Shown here: positions 51,845 to 64,000 of the stretch, in pieces | How the letters are laid out: each line of letters begins with the position of its first letter | Numbering within the stretch: position 1 is the first letter of the stretch | Assembly (NCBI GenBank): GCA_002269645.1 | Contig: NIVC01001216.1 | Location: 186,001-250,000, forward strand | DNA: 64,000 nt | Reading direction: 5' to 3' | Source: Macrostomum lignano | Lineage: Eukaryota | Program-made: the position numbers and the translations under genes | The notes under the pieces: generated by a model | What the model was told of the DNA's origin: nothing | Seen by the model: only the letters and a program-made list of their open reading frames with translations | Databases searched by the model: none

Positions 51845-53974
51845 ACAGTGTAACAATAACAATGGTTTTTAGAGCCATTTTTCTTGTCTGTGTTTGTCTT
51901 TGTACATACATGTACATTTGGGAAGACTTATCTGGACCCAATCCCTTCTTATTCTACATGTACGCTGTTTTGGGTATGGGGGTTAGAGTTGGGCCGTCTG
52001 ACACCCCCCCCCCCCCCCTACCATAGTGGACTGGAGAGAAAGAAGCACATGCTATCGCTATTGGCTAGCCTGTCGTTCTCTTTCTCTTTACCTTCTGTCT
52101 TGTGTAGCGTACACTATCCAATGCACAAGGCCCAACTTTCCACTAAAGGAAGGTTCATATAGTCCGCCCATGGGCTTCCTCTTGCTTTCGCGTACACTCA
52201 AGGCCACTCACTCTCAACACCAGCCACTAGAGGCTTGTTTTAAATAATCGATCGATAATATTAAATGTACACTTGAAAGCTTGCTTTGGATCCTAGCAGA
52301 AGGGGGAGAAAGTGGCCAAGGCCACCACACCCCACAAGGCAGGCAGGCCGGCCCGAGTGCGATAACGAATGACAAAAAATAGAAAAGTACAATTTACACA
52401 TCAACTTTCAATACAATAAATACAATAATAGGTACGGTATTAATGACAGTGTATTTTCGCACAAAGTAGCTACGTTCAAACCACCAGCACGTAAACAGCT
52501 AAAATTTCACTGTTTATGAAATTTTATAAAATTTAACACATCATTTTAGATATTGAAAACTTTTAAAGGAGGGTATTACTGTTGCATGTGACTATAAAAT
52601 CGTGGTAGGTATAGCTGATGATGAAACTGGTGATTGGTATCTAGCTTTTTTGATAACTTAGCCGGTTAGACCCCGAAATAGCTATTGTAATTTGTAACGC
52701 TGGAGCCAAATACAAATACAATGGAGCAATTAGTTTCTCTCAAATCTGTCTCTGCCAGTGCCAGTTTAGTCCATAGTAAGTAACCAAAGTAAAATACCCA
52801 TTAGTGGTCCCGTTTCTAATGTTTATAAATATTAAGCTTCAGTTTACTTTTGGCACAGTATGCAATTTTGAAAATTCACCCTAATAACGGTTTGCACCAG
52901 CAGGAAAGCAACTATTTTGTTGTTGGAAATCGGATTAAGCAGTCAAAAGAGTGTATTTCTATGAAAAAAGGTACTTTTTTTCCATTTTTTCAAATATTTA
53001 AACAGGTTTCGCTCTTTCAATAAAAAAATCATCGCAGTACCTTAAAGTACAGTTAGTTTGGAATTAGATGACGGCGTTGAATTGTTTCTTCCATATTCCA
53101 AAAATTATAATGAGCACTTTTCCTCAAATCAGTTTGAGATCATGATTTTTAGTCTTTCGTCGATAACTTTCTGATTTCAAATGTTTAAGAATTGAAAACT
53201 TCCACACTTGTGTATCTTTGAATTGCGCATCAATTGGTGCATAGTATGTATGCTTAACTATTAGCAGTATAGAAAAAAATGCAAAAAACTGTAAAAGTAC
53301 ATTTTCAATTTTTGCATTTTTTGCAACCAAAGTGCCAACTTTTTGATACAATTGAAAAAAACAACCCAATAATGTTATGCATCTTAGTAAGGCGCACCTA
53401 TAACCCTCGAACATTTTTAGCTCGAGTTTTAATGTGCATGAGGAAATGCACTTTTGTAAAGACATAATCTTAAGACAAACATTTCAACTGAAGCCTGTTC
53501 CTTTTCTCCGCAGTGAATCCATACAAAACTATACTCGTTAAATAGATCAGATTCTTCTCTTTAAAATGACACCTCACTTGTGAAATTCGCACTTGTAGTT
53601 TTGAAGTTACAGCAGTTTTTGTGAGATTTTTCTTGTCATTTTTTCGATGCACACGTCTCATATTATTATATTCGTCACAAGCCAGACCACCCAATGCGCT
53701 TCGCGCATTGGCTGGCTGTTTGTTCCTCATGCTCGGCACTTTGTGCCTCGCGCGTTCGCTCCGCTCACCGCGTTCCGCTCACTCACTAAGATGAAGCGCG
53801 TGTCCTTGGGTTTGTGGGGTTCGCGGAGCTCACTGGGAACTAGATTGATTGCCTTTGCCTTGCCTTAGCGTGCCTTTTTAAAGGATATTTTAAGTTTCTT
53901 AACTCGAAAACAGCCGTATCTGGCTTTCTAAAAGCTGACCCATTACGCTCGTAACTTAGCATTTTCACCCTGCC

Positions 53975-54212
53975 CAGACAGACACCAGGACAGACACAAG
54001 CAGTATGACATATCTAAGACAGATACTCTAGGACAGACACTAGGGCAGACACCAAGACAGACACTAAGGCAGACACCAAGACAGACACTAAAACAGAGAC
54101 TAGGACAGACACTAGGGCAGACACCAAGACAGACACTAAGGCAGACACCAAGACAGACACTAAGACAGAGACTAGGACAAACACTAGGACAGACACTAAG
54201 ACAGACACTAAG
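53975..54212 (+). repeat. 12-bp degenerate array (AGACAGACACTA)n
   Basis: Read directly. Confidence 0.85.
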
Positions 54213-54439
54213 ATTATTTGACTATATAAAAACTGAAAATAGAAATGAGAGCACTGGACCAGTCCTTATTTGTTGGTAATTCCATCCTTCGAATGCGAAT
54301 AATTCATGCTTAAATGTCTACCATGGTGCATTGGATTTTTTAAGAATGTCTTCTGCTGGCTGAGGAATCGATCTAATTGGCTTTTATAATTTGTTCTTTC
54401 TTCTATTTGTTGCTTTACTTTGACGTCTCTCCTTTACTG

Positions 54440-54850
54440 CTCTCTGATCATTGGCTGAGCCAGGTTGGGCCTGCTCCTAGCCTGAGTTTCGTCCAGGAGC
54501 AGGCCAAAACTCCCTTTCCCTTTCTTCTTACTACTCTTCTTACTACTTACTTCTAAGAGACTTTCCCTTTCTTCTTACTGCTCTCTCATTGGCTGAGCCA
54601 GGTTGGGCCTGCTCCTAGCCTGAGTTTCGTCCAGCTGACTTTCCCTCTCTCCTTACTGCTCTCTCATTGGCTGAGCCAGGTTGGGCCTGCTTCTAGCCTG
54701 AGTTTCGTCCAGCTGACTTTCCCTCTCTCCTTACTGCTCTCTCATTGGCTGAGCCAGGTTGGGCCTGCTTCTAGCCTGAGTTTCGTCCAGCTGACTTTCC
54801 CTCTCTCCTTACTGCTCTCTCATTGGCTGAGCCAGATAGGGCCTGCCCCC
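54440..54850 (+). repeat. 78-bp tandem array (about 5 copies) with CATTGGCTGAGCCAGG core
   Basis: GGTTGGGCC recurs at 54601 and 54679, and similarly onward. Confidence 0.88.
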
Positions 54851-55110
54851 CTAGGCTCAGTTTCTTTGTCTTTCGTTCACTTGGTCACATTCGAGTTTAT
54901 GTTTGGCTTTTCTTTGGAAAGGAAAGGAAAGACTATATGAGACAATGTTTTGCTACAAAACGTGCAATGTTAAAAATAGTCTACATAATAAAGGATTTTT
55001 AATGCAAAATTCGATCATGATAATAATTCACGATAAAAAGAATAATTCGATCACGTCGGTGTCAATCAATCTGTGCATCAAAACTTTTCTCACCCTTCAA
55101 ACTTTACCAG

Positions 55111-55841
55111 CCGACCATTTCTCCGGCATGTGGGACGCCCTAGCCCAAGCTATCGAGGATTTCCTGTTCGCTCCGCACAAATACCCGCCCGGACTGACTG
55201 TGGAAGATTTCGAAGAGCACGAAGCGTTAGACTGCGCCCTAGTAACGCTGGTTCGCGACACTTTCCTATCTAGACCAGACGGTGTGCCAGTCCAGTTTGT
55301 TGACCGAATGATTGCCCTGCTGAACAGGGGCAGCATTCACAGTGTGCCAGTCAGTGCGGCCGCCAGCGACCTCGAGCTGCACCGTTGGCTGCGCGAGGAA
55401 CTGGCTCAGCTGTGCTTTCACACTTTGCTGTCTTATTCGTTTTCTGTTGAAGCAAATGGCGCCGCTACAGGCGGCGGCGGCGGCAGCGGCGGTGAGGCCC
55501 GCGGCGCGGTGTCCAGAGCCGCTGTTCGCACCATTCTGACTCGGTGTCGCGATGTCCTGCGTAAATTTGTCGACGACCAACGCCTGTCGGGTCATTGTCC
55601 GCTGCCTAGGGCGCGTCTAACTGAAGTTGGCTTGTCATTGAAAGCTCTATCCTCTTTGCTGACTGCCTTCAAAGCTGCACCGCAGGATCGCGTTGACCCG
55701 CAGGCGTGGCAGATCCTGCTAGACACTTATCCTGCTGTGGTGGAGGCTGTGCTGCCCAACTGTACCAACTTTCTCAAGCCCCTGAAAGAGCTGCTTCATC
55801 TCTACTCTGATCTGCTGCGGGTGCCACAGTCGGCCGAGTAG
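55111..55841 (+). CDS. MON2: MON2 terminal coding exon 12
   Basis: Acceptor taccag|CC (phase 1 gives Ala). Encodes MWDALAQAIEDFLF...LLNRGSIHS...REELAQLCFHTLLSYS...RCRDVLRKFVDDQRLSGHCPLPRAR; TAG at 55839-55841. Confidence 0.93.
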
Positions 55842-56990
55842 ATTATTATTAACTACTAATTATCATTAATTACATGTGTAATTATCGTTTAGACAGAATT
55901 GAATTGAACAAATGCTGGTATCAACATTCCCTAGTTATCGTTATGGATTTATATTTTATTATTTATTAATCGGTGTTGGATGTGTAGAGTAGTAATTAAA
56001 ATCAACAATATGCATGCACATTATTTGCATAGTTCTCTGTGATTCTAATGATACTTATGTATTGAATGCCAGTAACATTGTTCTGCAACTGTTGCTAAGC
56101 TAAAATGCGATCAACTACACTACTTTTCTGTCTAGTAGTATATAATCTCAATTTAAAAAATTTTTTTTTGCCTTGCAAAATAGTATAGCAAAACTTCTAA
56201 ATCTACTGAATAGGAATTAGGTGAGACATTGGCGAGAGAAAACCAATAATACAGTTTAATAGAATTAATTATCCAGCTTTGTAGGGTGTCTTTTCATTTT
56301 ACCTCTCTAAAGCATGTTCTAAGCATTAACCTTCTTAATAACTTATCTCAGTATATTGTTCACACTTGCTTTCTCAGATTGTCGATTTCTTGAACCAATA
56401 TTATATTAACTCTCTGTAGTTATATATATGATGTATTAATTAAGTTCTTTTTGTATGATTGGTGATTGATAATTTTTTGTGTTTGCACTCTGCCAAATAA
56501 TATTATTTATAGGAACAGAAAAGGATGCATTGGTAATGTTTAATCAGATCGTCAAGAACAATTTAAATGTTTAAAAGCCGAATTTTCAAATCTATTTATT
56601 GGTTTCTATCTGACCGAACATTATGTCAATGACAGTGGGTAATTGACAGTAGAACCACTATCTATCTATAAGATGTCACCTGTTGAAGGTCCAGGAGCTC
56701 CGCCTGGGTGGAAGTCAGAGCTGATGCAGACACATGCGGTCGACATGCTGATGAAATTTAAAGGCTTGGCAAGGCTGCAAGACTTTAACTCGACTTAATT
56801 TGGGTTTCTCATCTTTTAAGTTTCAAGTTGGTATGTACGTCAAATTGTGGAACTATTAGTTTGAAAGTTATTTTGGATAATTTCTTAGGATTTTGTGTCT
56901 TCAACATGAGGCATGCTAGATATTCTCCGAAATCTTATTCTAATATACGTAAACACACTACAAGCATTAATCTTATTCAGTTTTTTGACT

Positions 56991-57217
56991 CTAAGCTGTG
57001 TCATCCGAAGAGAATTCCGCTTCAACAGCCATCCTCTTTGATGTCCAAATTGCCGCCTCTTGTGGAGGACAGAAATTCAAATTACTTTCCGGGTACTCGA
57101 TCCAAAAGTAGCCTTTGCGCGCGACTTTAATTAGATAGTCTACTGCTTTGTTGAGCTCATCGTTCTGCTGGTCATTTGAGCCCTGGCTGCGTTGATCCAA
57201 TGTAAAGAGAAGCGTAC
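56991..57217 (-). CDS. Exon 3 (terminal) of orphan 3-exon gene
   Basis: Acceptor ttttatttgcacag|GT; phase 1 T|GT gives Cys, then TLLFTLDQRSQ...AVDYLIKVARKGYFWIEYPESNLNF...DDTA-stop. Confidence 0.7.
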
Positions 57218-57239
57218 CTGTGCAAATAAAATTGGTTCA

Positions 57240-58040
57240 GTGTGATTTTTGTTTTGATTTGACTGGATTTGACTCTGGATGGTAGAAAGATCATTGGGCG
57301 TATTGGTTTGAATAGAGGGTAGAAGGATCATGAGGTGGTGGGTTTGATTGAATTGATTGGTCGTAGAGAGTAGAATAAGGATCATGGGGTGGTGGGTTTG
57401 ACTGGATTCTTTTGGCTCTATAGGGTAGAAGGATCATGGGGTGGTGGGTTTGACTGGATTCTTTTGGCTCTAGAGGGTAGAAGGATCATGGGGTGGTGGG
57501 TTTGACTGGATTCTTTTGGCTCTAGAGGGTAGAAGGATCATGGGGTGGTGGGTTTGACTGGATTCTTTTGGCTCTAGAGGGTAGAAGGATCATGGGGTGG
57601 TGGGTTTGACTGGATTCTTTTGGCTCTAGAGGGTAGAAGGATCATGGGGTAGTGGGTTTGACTGGATTCTTTTGGCTCTAGAGGGTAGAAGGATCATGGG
57701 TGGTGGGTTTGACTGGATTCTTTTGGCTCTAGAGGGTAGAAGGATCATGGGGTAGTGGGTTTGACTGGATTCTTTTGGCTCTAGAGGGTAGAAGGATCAT
57801 GGGGTAGTGGTTTTGACTGGATTCTTTTGGCTCTAGAGGGTAGAAGGATCATGGGGTAGTGGGTTTGACTGGATTCTTTTGGCTCTAGAGGGTAGAAGGA
57901 TCATGGGGTAGTGGGTTTGACTGGATTCTTTTGGCTCTAGAGGGTAGAAGGATCATGGGGTAGTGGGTTTGACTGGATTCTTTTGGCTCTAGACGGTAGA
58001 AGAATCATGGAAGAAGGATGAGAAGGATCATGGAGTGGGT
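57240..58040 (+). repeat. 52-bp tandem array (GAGGGTAGAAGGATCATGGGGTGGTGGGTTTGACTGGATTCTTTTGGCTCTA)n filling intron 2 of the orphan gene
   Basis: Read directly. Confidence 0.95.
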
Positions 58041-58049
58041 CTGACTCAC

Positions 58050-58272
58050 AATTCTTGCTGTCATATTTCGTCCAAGTAACTCTTAGTCCAGCTGTCAGGT
58101 AGCTGTTAACTAATTGGCGTTCGACGTTGAGCTCAAATCGAGCCAGCACGCACTCGGGTTTGTCATCGGTCCATTTCAATTCGTTGTGCAGCAGGTCTTT
58201 GCTAAATCCGATACCCAATGTGACCAATTGACTGCCTAGGCTAGCGGCAAATAGTCGGCGCTCTTCGGCCAT
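58050..58272 (-). CDS. Exon 2 of orphan 3-exon gene
   Basis: Acceptor aatccag|ATG, donor T|gtgagt; 223 nt. Encodes MAEERRLFAASLGSQLVTLGIG...LRVTWTKYDSKN. Confidence 0.7.
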
Positions 58273-58498
58273 CTGGATTTTAAGGCCAGGGTTTTTTTAA
58301 TTGATTTTAGCGATCGTGAGTTCAATAGCAAGATTGGCTATACGTACTAATGTACAACCGCGAGACATCTTCAACTATTGACTGTTAAATACGAGCGTAA
58401 CCTATAAGATAAGGAGCCACATCTGCTGATAAGCAGCTCTTATCTGTTAGTTAATTTAAGATGAGAGTTGATCAACTCGGAAAAAGTACACACTGTAC

Positions 58499-58891
58499 CG
58501 TCAGCGTTAAAGCCACCATCTTGCTGCCAGCCGCCTCCAGCAATCCGTCCGGACTTGCGGCTGCTAACTTGCCCAGTCCGTCTCGTGGACTGCAGCAACA
58601 GCAGCAGCTCCCGCCGCCGCCGCCGCCGCCACTGCTGTCCTTGCGCAACTGCGCCGACATGAGACCGGCGATTGTCCAAACGGCCGATCCAATCGACGAG
58701 GCACCGGTGTTGGTGACGGCGGCGGATGCGAGGCTGTCATCGCGCGGATGTCGCCTCTCGCTGGAGGCTGCCACGCCAACCAAGGAGCGGTGGACCGCTT
58801 GAGCTCGGAGCAGCAGCTCGTGCAACGGCGTTGACAGAGGACTGCCAATGATAGGCAGGTCTTCACTGCCTGGCGATGACATAGGCTGCAT
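58499..58891 (-). CDS. Exon 1 of orphan 3-exon gene (low complexity; Gly7-Ser-Cys5 tract)
   Basis: ATG MQPMSS; donor ACG|gtacag in phase 0 is the only frame compatible with exon 2; start and frame less certain. Confidence 0.5.
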
Positions 58892-59469
58892 GATTTGACT
58901 AAATTTATATGACAGCTCGTTGCAGAGTGCATGTAAGCCTTGCTTTAGCTCTGATTTGGTTCTTAAGACTGTCGTCTCAAGTTTAGTTTGATTCGATTGT
59001 TTTCATAGTCTATGGCTTTGACTACTGATTTCTTTGTTTGATAGACACCGTCTGAATTCGGTAGCTCGGTCACTAACTCACTCACTCACTCATGCAGACG
59101 CACACGCATACACACAACAACAACAACAGCAAAGCTGCTGCCGCGGTGGCGATCTCCCGTTTCTTTTGGTCAGGGAACATCGGGAAGACGGGAAGAACGG
59201 CGTTCGGGTACAGACGTCTAGTGACGATAGGCAGAAAGCCAGCGGACTGCTCCTTTGAAGCAATATCCCTCAAAGTTAATCGAGCAGATTTGTGTGGATG
59301 GCGATGGATCTTTTCATCTCAACGCTCTCAGCCACTTGTTCCTCATTTTCCTGTCCTTTGAAAAAGTATGGAAGGACAGTCTCCCCCAGAGACACCGCTG
59401 CGTTGTTTCAACGAGCCATACAGCAGCTCTTTTTCTTTCTCTCAGCAATTTGGAAGATTCCCCGGCTGC

Positions 59470-60030
59470 AATTTTCTGCCTAGGCACTGACGGACAGGCG
59501 CTGACGAGGCTTCCGTGCTGTCAGCAGTTCGTCTACCTCGGCGGTCTGGTGCCTGACGTTCGCGAGGATCTGCGACGTCGCCGTGGACTTCCCTGGGGTG
59601 CCTTCCGTTCCGTGAGGGCTGTCCTGCAGTCCGAGGCCCTACCTGACCGCCAGAGGGTGGCGTTGTTCCAGGCGGTGATTGAGACCGTCCTGTTGTACAA
59701 CGCCGAGACCTGGACGCTGACGGATTCGCCCGAACACTGGCCTGCTTCGCGCCGCCTCCAAGATCGGCTGCGAGCGAGTCACCAAAGCGCCACTCTATCG
59801 CAGCACTGGCCTGCTCCGTCCCAGCAAACTGTTGCGCCGTCGGCGACTCCAGCTGGCAGGCCATTTTATCCAAGCCGAGTCGTACTGCCCACAGCCGATG
59901 TAGGAGGTGCTGCTGCTGACGCTGCAGGCACCCTATCGCCGGGGGCAGGCGCGCACTCGGCGTTTCGTCGATTGCCTGCTGGTTGACGCCGGCGCCCCAG
60001 ACACTGCCGGCGGTGCTGTTCTTGCTGTTC
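59470..60030 (+). mobile_element. 5'-truncated, rearranged RTE-like non-LTR retrotransposon fragment (RT C-terminal/thumb region)
   Basis: FVYLGG...DLRRRRGLPWGAFRSVRAVL...RVALFQAVIETVLLYNAETWTLT matches the YLG and LLYxxETWTL motifs of RTE-clade RT ends; frame breaks after TLTDS. Confidence 0.8.
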
Positions 60031-60123
60031 TTGCATTTTGTTTTGGGGGGTTATTCTTTTCCATAACCAACTGGCTACCTAGCTGGCTTTGGACCACATG
60101 AGCTGCAGCTAGAGGGTTTCTAT

Positions 60124-60245
60124 GGCTGGGCCAAGGACTTCTCTATAATTAGAACCTGGATGAGAAACCGAGGTAAAAAAACAGTTTTACGAGCGTAGAG
60201 GTTCCAGTTCTAGGTTCTAGTTATAGAGAAGTCCTTGGCCCAGCC
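60124..60245. mobile_element. 122-bp MITE / foldback with 34-bp TIRs
   Basis: GGCTGGGCCAAGGACTTCTCTATAATTAGAACCT versus AGGTTCTAGTTATAGAGAAGTCCTTGGCCCAGCC (33/34 complementary); TSD not clear. Confidence 0.8.
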
Positions 60246-61529
60246 CACTAAATTATCAATAAAACACTGATCCCCATAAACATCCTCGCCATAGCTACGT
60301 GCCCGCGTATGCCTCAGCTTCCCCCATGCCTAATTGATGCAGCCGCGTTGCCCTCTAAAGCGATCGCTGGCCTCCGTAAAGTCTGACGCTCAGGAGTCAG
60401 GAGTGAGGGGGAGGTTGACTGATTCCATATATTTACAGCTTCTGCCTGTCTTTATAACTCATAAATATTTCATTTCCCTAAGCTGCAGTGCTACTAGTCT
60501 CCCATCTGCAATATGTCTCGCTGCCTTCAATGAATTCGCAAATTAATTTTAACAATTTGTCTGAAAGCTTGTTGAGTTGAGTTTATCAACTCAAGCAACG
60601 GAGAGATACGGTGGGAGATGTGTCATATGGAAGTGCATGTACAGAGCAGTCATTAGCAGGATCCTCAAGCCAAAGCATCTCACAGTATGCTTTGCTGGTT
60701 TGCACAATCGGCAAGCAGCATCTTAGTTGTGTTTGATTTAGAAAGTAAACAGGCAGCAATCACGATATTGTTGCTAGCCAATATTTTATCATAACGATGC
60801 ATACTTCGTTCGCTCGTACAGTAATTTACAGCTACTGTAAAGGGGATCAAACAGTCAAATAGCTCTGTCACCGAAAAGTAAAATAAAGCGTTATTCATCA
60901 TTGGGTAATTAGGTAAGCTGTCAAAGTTTAGTACAGCAAACAGTTTTAGAATATAAGAATATCAAAACAAAGACCTGCTAGCTGCTGTAATATGCATAAG
61001 GTCTCTAGAAACCAATATTGGCAACCCAGATTTTTTTCTTGGCGTCCCTAGCAACCAGGATTAACTCACTTTAGCGTCTCTAGAAACCATTATTGGCACC
61101 CCCGGGCCGGCCATCGTTGACGTCAGCCAAGAGGAGGCCGTCACCTGCCTGTTGCTGGGCAGCCGAGGTCTGGGTTTAAGTTCGACGCACCTATCTCGGT
61201 AGCGTGTCGGGTTATGTGCTGCATCATTCCCGCGAGCCGGTGCTCATTGTGCCGTGATTTGAAAATAATAAAATATCGTATCTATGTATTTATTTCGACC
61301 GCATCTTTCCGCATCTAATTAGTTTTTTTTACGTTCTACCGATATGTATCGAAAGCTATATAAAAATTTAATTTCTATCATTTTGGAAAGTAATTTTTGT
61401 TGTATCTTTCGATTGACAAAGATGAAGACGTTTTTATGTTAACAAAGCACGGCTGGAAGCCTTTCTGTCTTTCCTTTTTATTTTCTTATTTCCTTAGCTG
61501 CCGGAGTCGGCTCTTGCTTTGGCTTAAAA

Positions 61530-62880
61530 TGAAATACCGTACCCTATACCCCGTGGGCTGTGGCCGTTCACTCCTTCTTAGAGGTACGGGTGTACCACCA
61601 TCCTGTATTGGTGCCTTCCAACCCGGCGTTGGTCGGTGTCACCGACTCAGGCTCGACCATCGGCTGAGTCTGAACTCGGAAAGTCGCTTGAACAACGCTG
61701 TTCGGGACCCCTGTGGCTATCTCCTGTTTTTGCAGCGGGTCACAACAACGCTGTATTTGCAGTCCCGATGTGCCCTCATGATGCGCTGATCCAAATCAGC
61801 CGGACAAGAGCCGTATTTGAACCCAGCGGACTCACCATTGTGGCCTCGCAACTACGCACTCCAACTCGATACACCAGCTTGTCGGATGGACTCCATTCGG
61901 CCGATCGGAGGGGTACTCTTAGCTTTCGCCCTGACAGAAGTTCCACAGGAGACAACAGCCCTTGCTTCTCCTTCTCTATAGAATAGTAGATAGCGATCGA
62001 TACGTGGCTCTCGATAATGAGCATTGCAGCTACATGGCTCATTCCGTTGGCCTTGACAGCCTCCTTAATGCAGCTACATGGCTCAGTCCGTCGGCCTTGA
62101 CAGCCTCCTTAATGCAGCTACATGGCTCAGTCCGTCGGCCTTGACAGCCTCCTTAATGCAGCTACATGGCTCAGTCCGTTGGCCTTGACAGCCTCCTTAA
62201 TGCAGCTACATGGCTCAGTCCGTCGGCCTTGACAGCCTCCTTAATGCAGCTACATGGCTAAGTCCGTCGGCCTTGACAGCCTCCTTAATGCAGCTACATG
62301 GCTCAGTCCGTTGGCCTTGACAGCCTCCTTAATGCAGCTACATGGCTCAGTCCGTCGGCCTTGACAGCCTCCTTAATGCAGCTACATGGCTCAGTCCGTT
62401 GGCCTTGACAGCCTCCTTAATGCAGCTACATGGCTCAGTCCGTTGGCCTTGACAGCCTCCTTAATGCAGCTACATGGCTCAGTCCGTTGGCCTTGACAGC
62501 CTCCTTAATGCAGCTACATGGCTCAGTCCGTTGGCCTTGACAGCCTCCTTAATGCAGCTACATGGCTCAGTCCGTTGGCCTTGACAGCCTCCTTATTGTC
62601 CTCACGAAATGCTCGGTCAAGCCGTTGCTTTCCGGGTGATAAGCCGTAGTACATGTAGTTATCGATGAGACAGACAACCAGCTCCGAAACTGGGTCCGTT
62701 GTCAGACACCAGAATATACAGGAACACCATATCTGAGATCACGGCGGCTGATTTCATAAATTTTGTTAACTGCACTTCAGGATAGTGGAAAATGCGTCTA
62801 CAAGCACTCGGAGATACATCTAGGTTCCGTCGATGGGGCCGGCGAAGTCCAAGTAGACTCTCTCCCACGGAGCGCCTGGA
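61530..62880 (-). mobile_element. Decayed Ty3/Gypsy-type integrase remnant, interrupted by a 44-bp array
   Basis: Across shifted - frames: YPEVQLT..SAAVIS, ILVSDNGPSF, TTAYHPESNGLTEHFVRTI, LSPVELLSGRKLRVPL and LRRSER. Confidence 0.8.
62025..62597 (+). repeat. 44-bp tandem array (CAGCCTCCTTAATGCAGCTACATGGCTCAGTCCGT(C/T)GGCCTTGA)n
   Basis: Read directly; about 13 copies. Confidence 0.96.
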
Positions 62881-62964
62881 TAAGACCAGTCGACCGATAA
62901 TTCCTATTCTTAGACATAACCAACTTGCACATTTGACATCCCCTCACCAGAAATCTTGAACCAG

Positions 62965-63290
62965 AAATCAATTTAGGTCCTGACACACACACACACGCCT
63001 GTGATTTAATTTCGGTCCTGACACACAACCTGTGATTTAATTTAGGTCCTGACACACACACACACAGCTGTAACTTAATTTAGGTCCTGACACACACAAT
63101 TGTAATTTAATTTAGGTCCTGACACACACAATTGTAATTAAATTTAGGTCCTGACACACACAACTGTAATTTAATTTAGGTCCTGACACACACACCTGTA
63201 ACTTATTTAGGTCCTGACACACACACACACACACCTGTGATTTAATTTAGGTCCTGACAAATACATCTGTAACTTAATTTAGGTCCTGAA
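62965..63290 (+). repeat. Array of ATTTAGGTCCTGA(CA)n units with variable CA run
   Basis: Read directly. Confidence 0.88.
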
Positions 63291-63294
63291 ACAC

Positions 63295-63480
63295 ACACAC
63301 TCAATCAATCACTCACTAAACTACTTACTCATTAAGTCACTCACTCACTAAATCACTCACTCACTAAAATACTCACTCACTAAATCACTCACTCACTAAA
63401 ATACTCACTCACTAAATCACTCACTCACTAAAATACTCACTCACTAACTCACTCTCATTAACTCACTCACTCGCTCATTC
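63295..63480 (+). repeat. (TCAC)n-based array CACTCACTAAA...
   Basis: Read directly. Confidence 0.85.
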
Positions 63481-63956
63481 GCAAGAGTTGCCAAGCTGAA
63501 TGCAAGTAGCCCGCCACAATGCAGTTTGGTAAAAGCTACCCTAACCCAATATGGCTCCCGCTGCCTTTGCTTAACCCTAAACAAGTGAGGTTCTGTCTTT
63601 ACCATTATTTTCGTTACTACCCTTTCTGTGCTCTCTGCATTACGGAAGGATCAGTAGGGGGATTTCAGCTGAGCATAGCTCTAGAGAAGTCTAAAGCTGC
63701 ATTGGCACAATGGCAGTAGCGCTTGTTCAACTCTTTTTGTCTGGCGTCCCCCTTTCCAGTTTTGCCCGCAAATTGTTGCCATGCGGTGCGCGCTCAGCTT
63801 AAATCAATCGATTTTAGTCCTTGCCCGCCTCTCCCCTCCTTCCTTTCCTTTACTTAAGCCACTAGACTCCACCGCCCCGGATATGAAATTCTGCTAAGCT
63901 ATTCTTCTGTCTTTTTAGCAATTATGCCTAAGGCTTTTCTCGCCTTTTTCCTGCAG

Positions 63957-64000
63957 GTTCTGCTGCTTCTGCAGGCTCAAGCAGCAACAACTGCATCATC
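63957..64000 (+). other. Possible start of an exon of a downstream gene
   Basis: Strong polypyrimidine tract plus ctgcag| followed by GC-richer sequence open in all three frames; too short to verify. Confidence 0.3.

Noticed and set aside
53045-53960. Possible larger Kolobok-like DNA transposon starting TTAA|AGTACAG with GC-rich CGCTC repeats
   Set aside because: Matching right terminus not found and no transposase-like ORF; boundaries cannot be supported.
56673-56798. 41-aa + strand ORF (MSPVEGPGAPPGWKSELMQTHAVDML...) between the convergent genes
   Set aside because: Short, with no recognisable motif or supported splice partner; could be UTR sequence of either gene.

Overview
Eukaryotic (metazoan) genomic DNA with canonical GT-AG introns and an extreme load of private minisatellites. 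A flatworm of Macrostomum type is plausible, but that is inference. Most of the window is one + strand gene, MON2 (Arf-GEF-like endosome/Golgi scaffold). Twelve coding exons from 663 to 55841 splice in phase into 4842 nt (1613 aa + stop); the N-terminal exon(s) lie upstream of the window. Two antisense genes are nested in MON2 introns. The first is a two-exon secreted preproprotein with a signal peptide and many basic cleavage sites (7695-7189 joined to 6097-5457, with a 1-nt frameshift near 5816). The second is a two-exon rhodopsin-class peptide GPCR of the myosuppressin/DMSR-like type (32022-31315 joined to 29794-29195, 435 aa). A three-exon orphan gene (about 280 aa, - strand, 58891-56991) converges on MON2. 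Mobile DNA includes tRNA-derived SINEs, several MITEs, an RTE-like LINE fragment and a decayed Gypsy integrase. The most unusual structure lies in the roughly 30 tandem arrays: most abut exons, one amplifies a MON2 splice donor to 18 copies, one was born from integrase coding sequence, and several carry perfect AP-1, nuclear-receptor, E2F or E-box motifs. All calls were made by eye without database searches; repeat boundaries are approximate.
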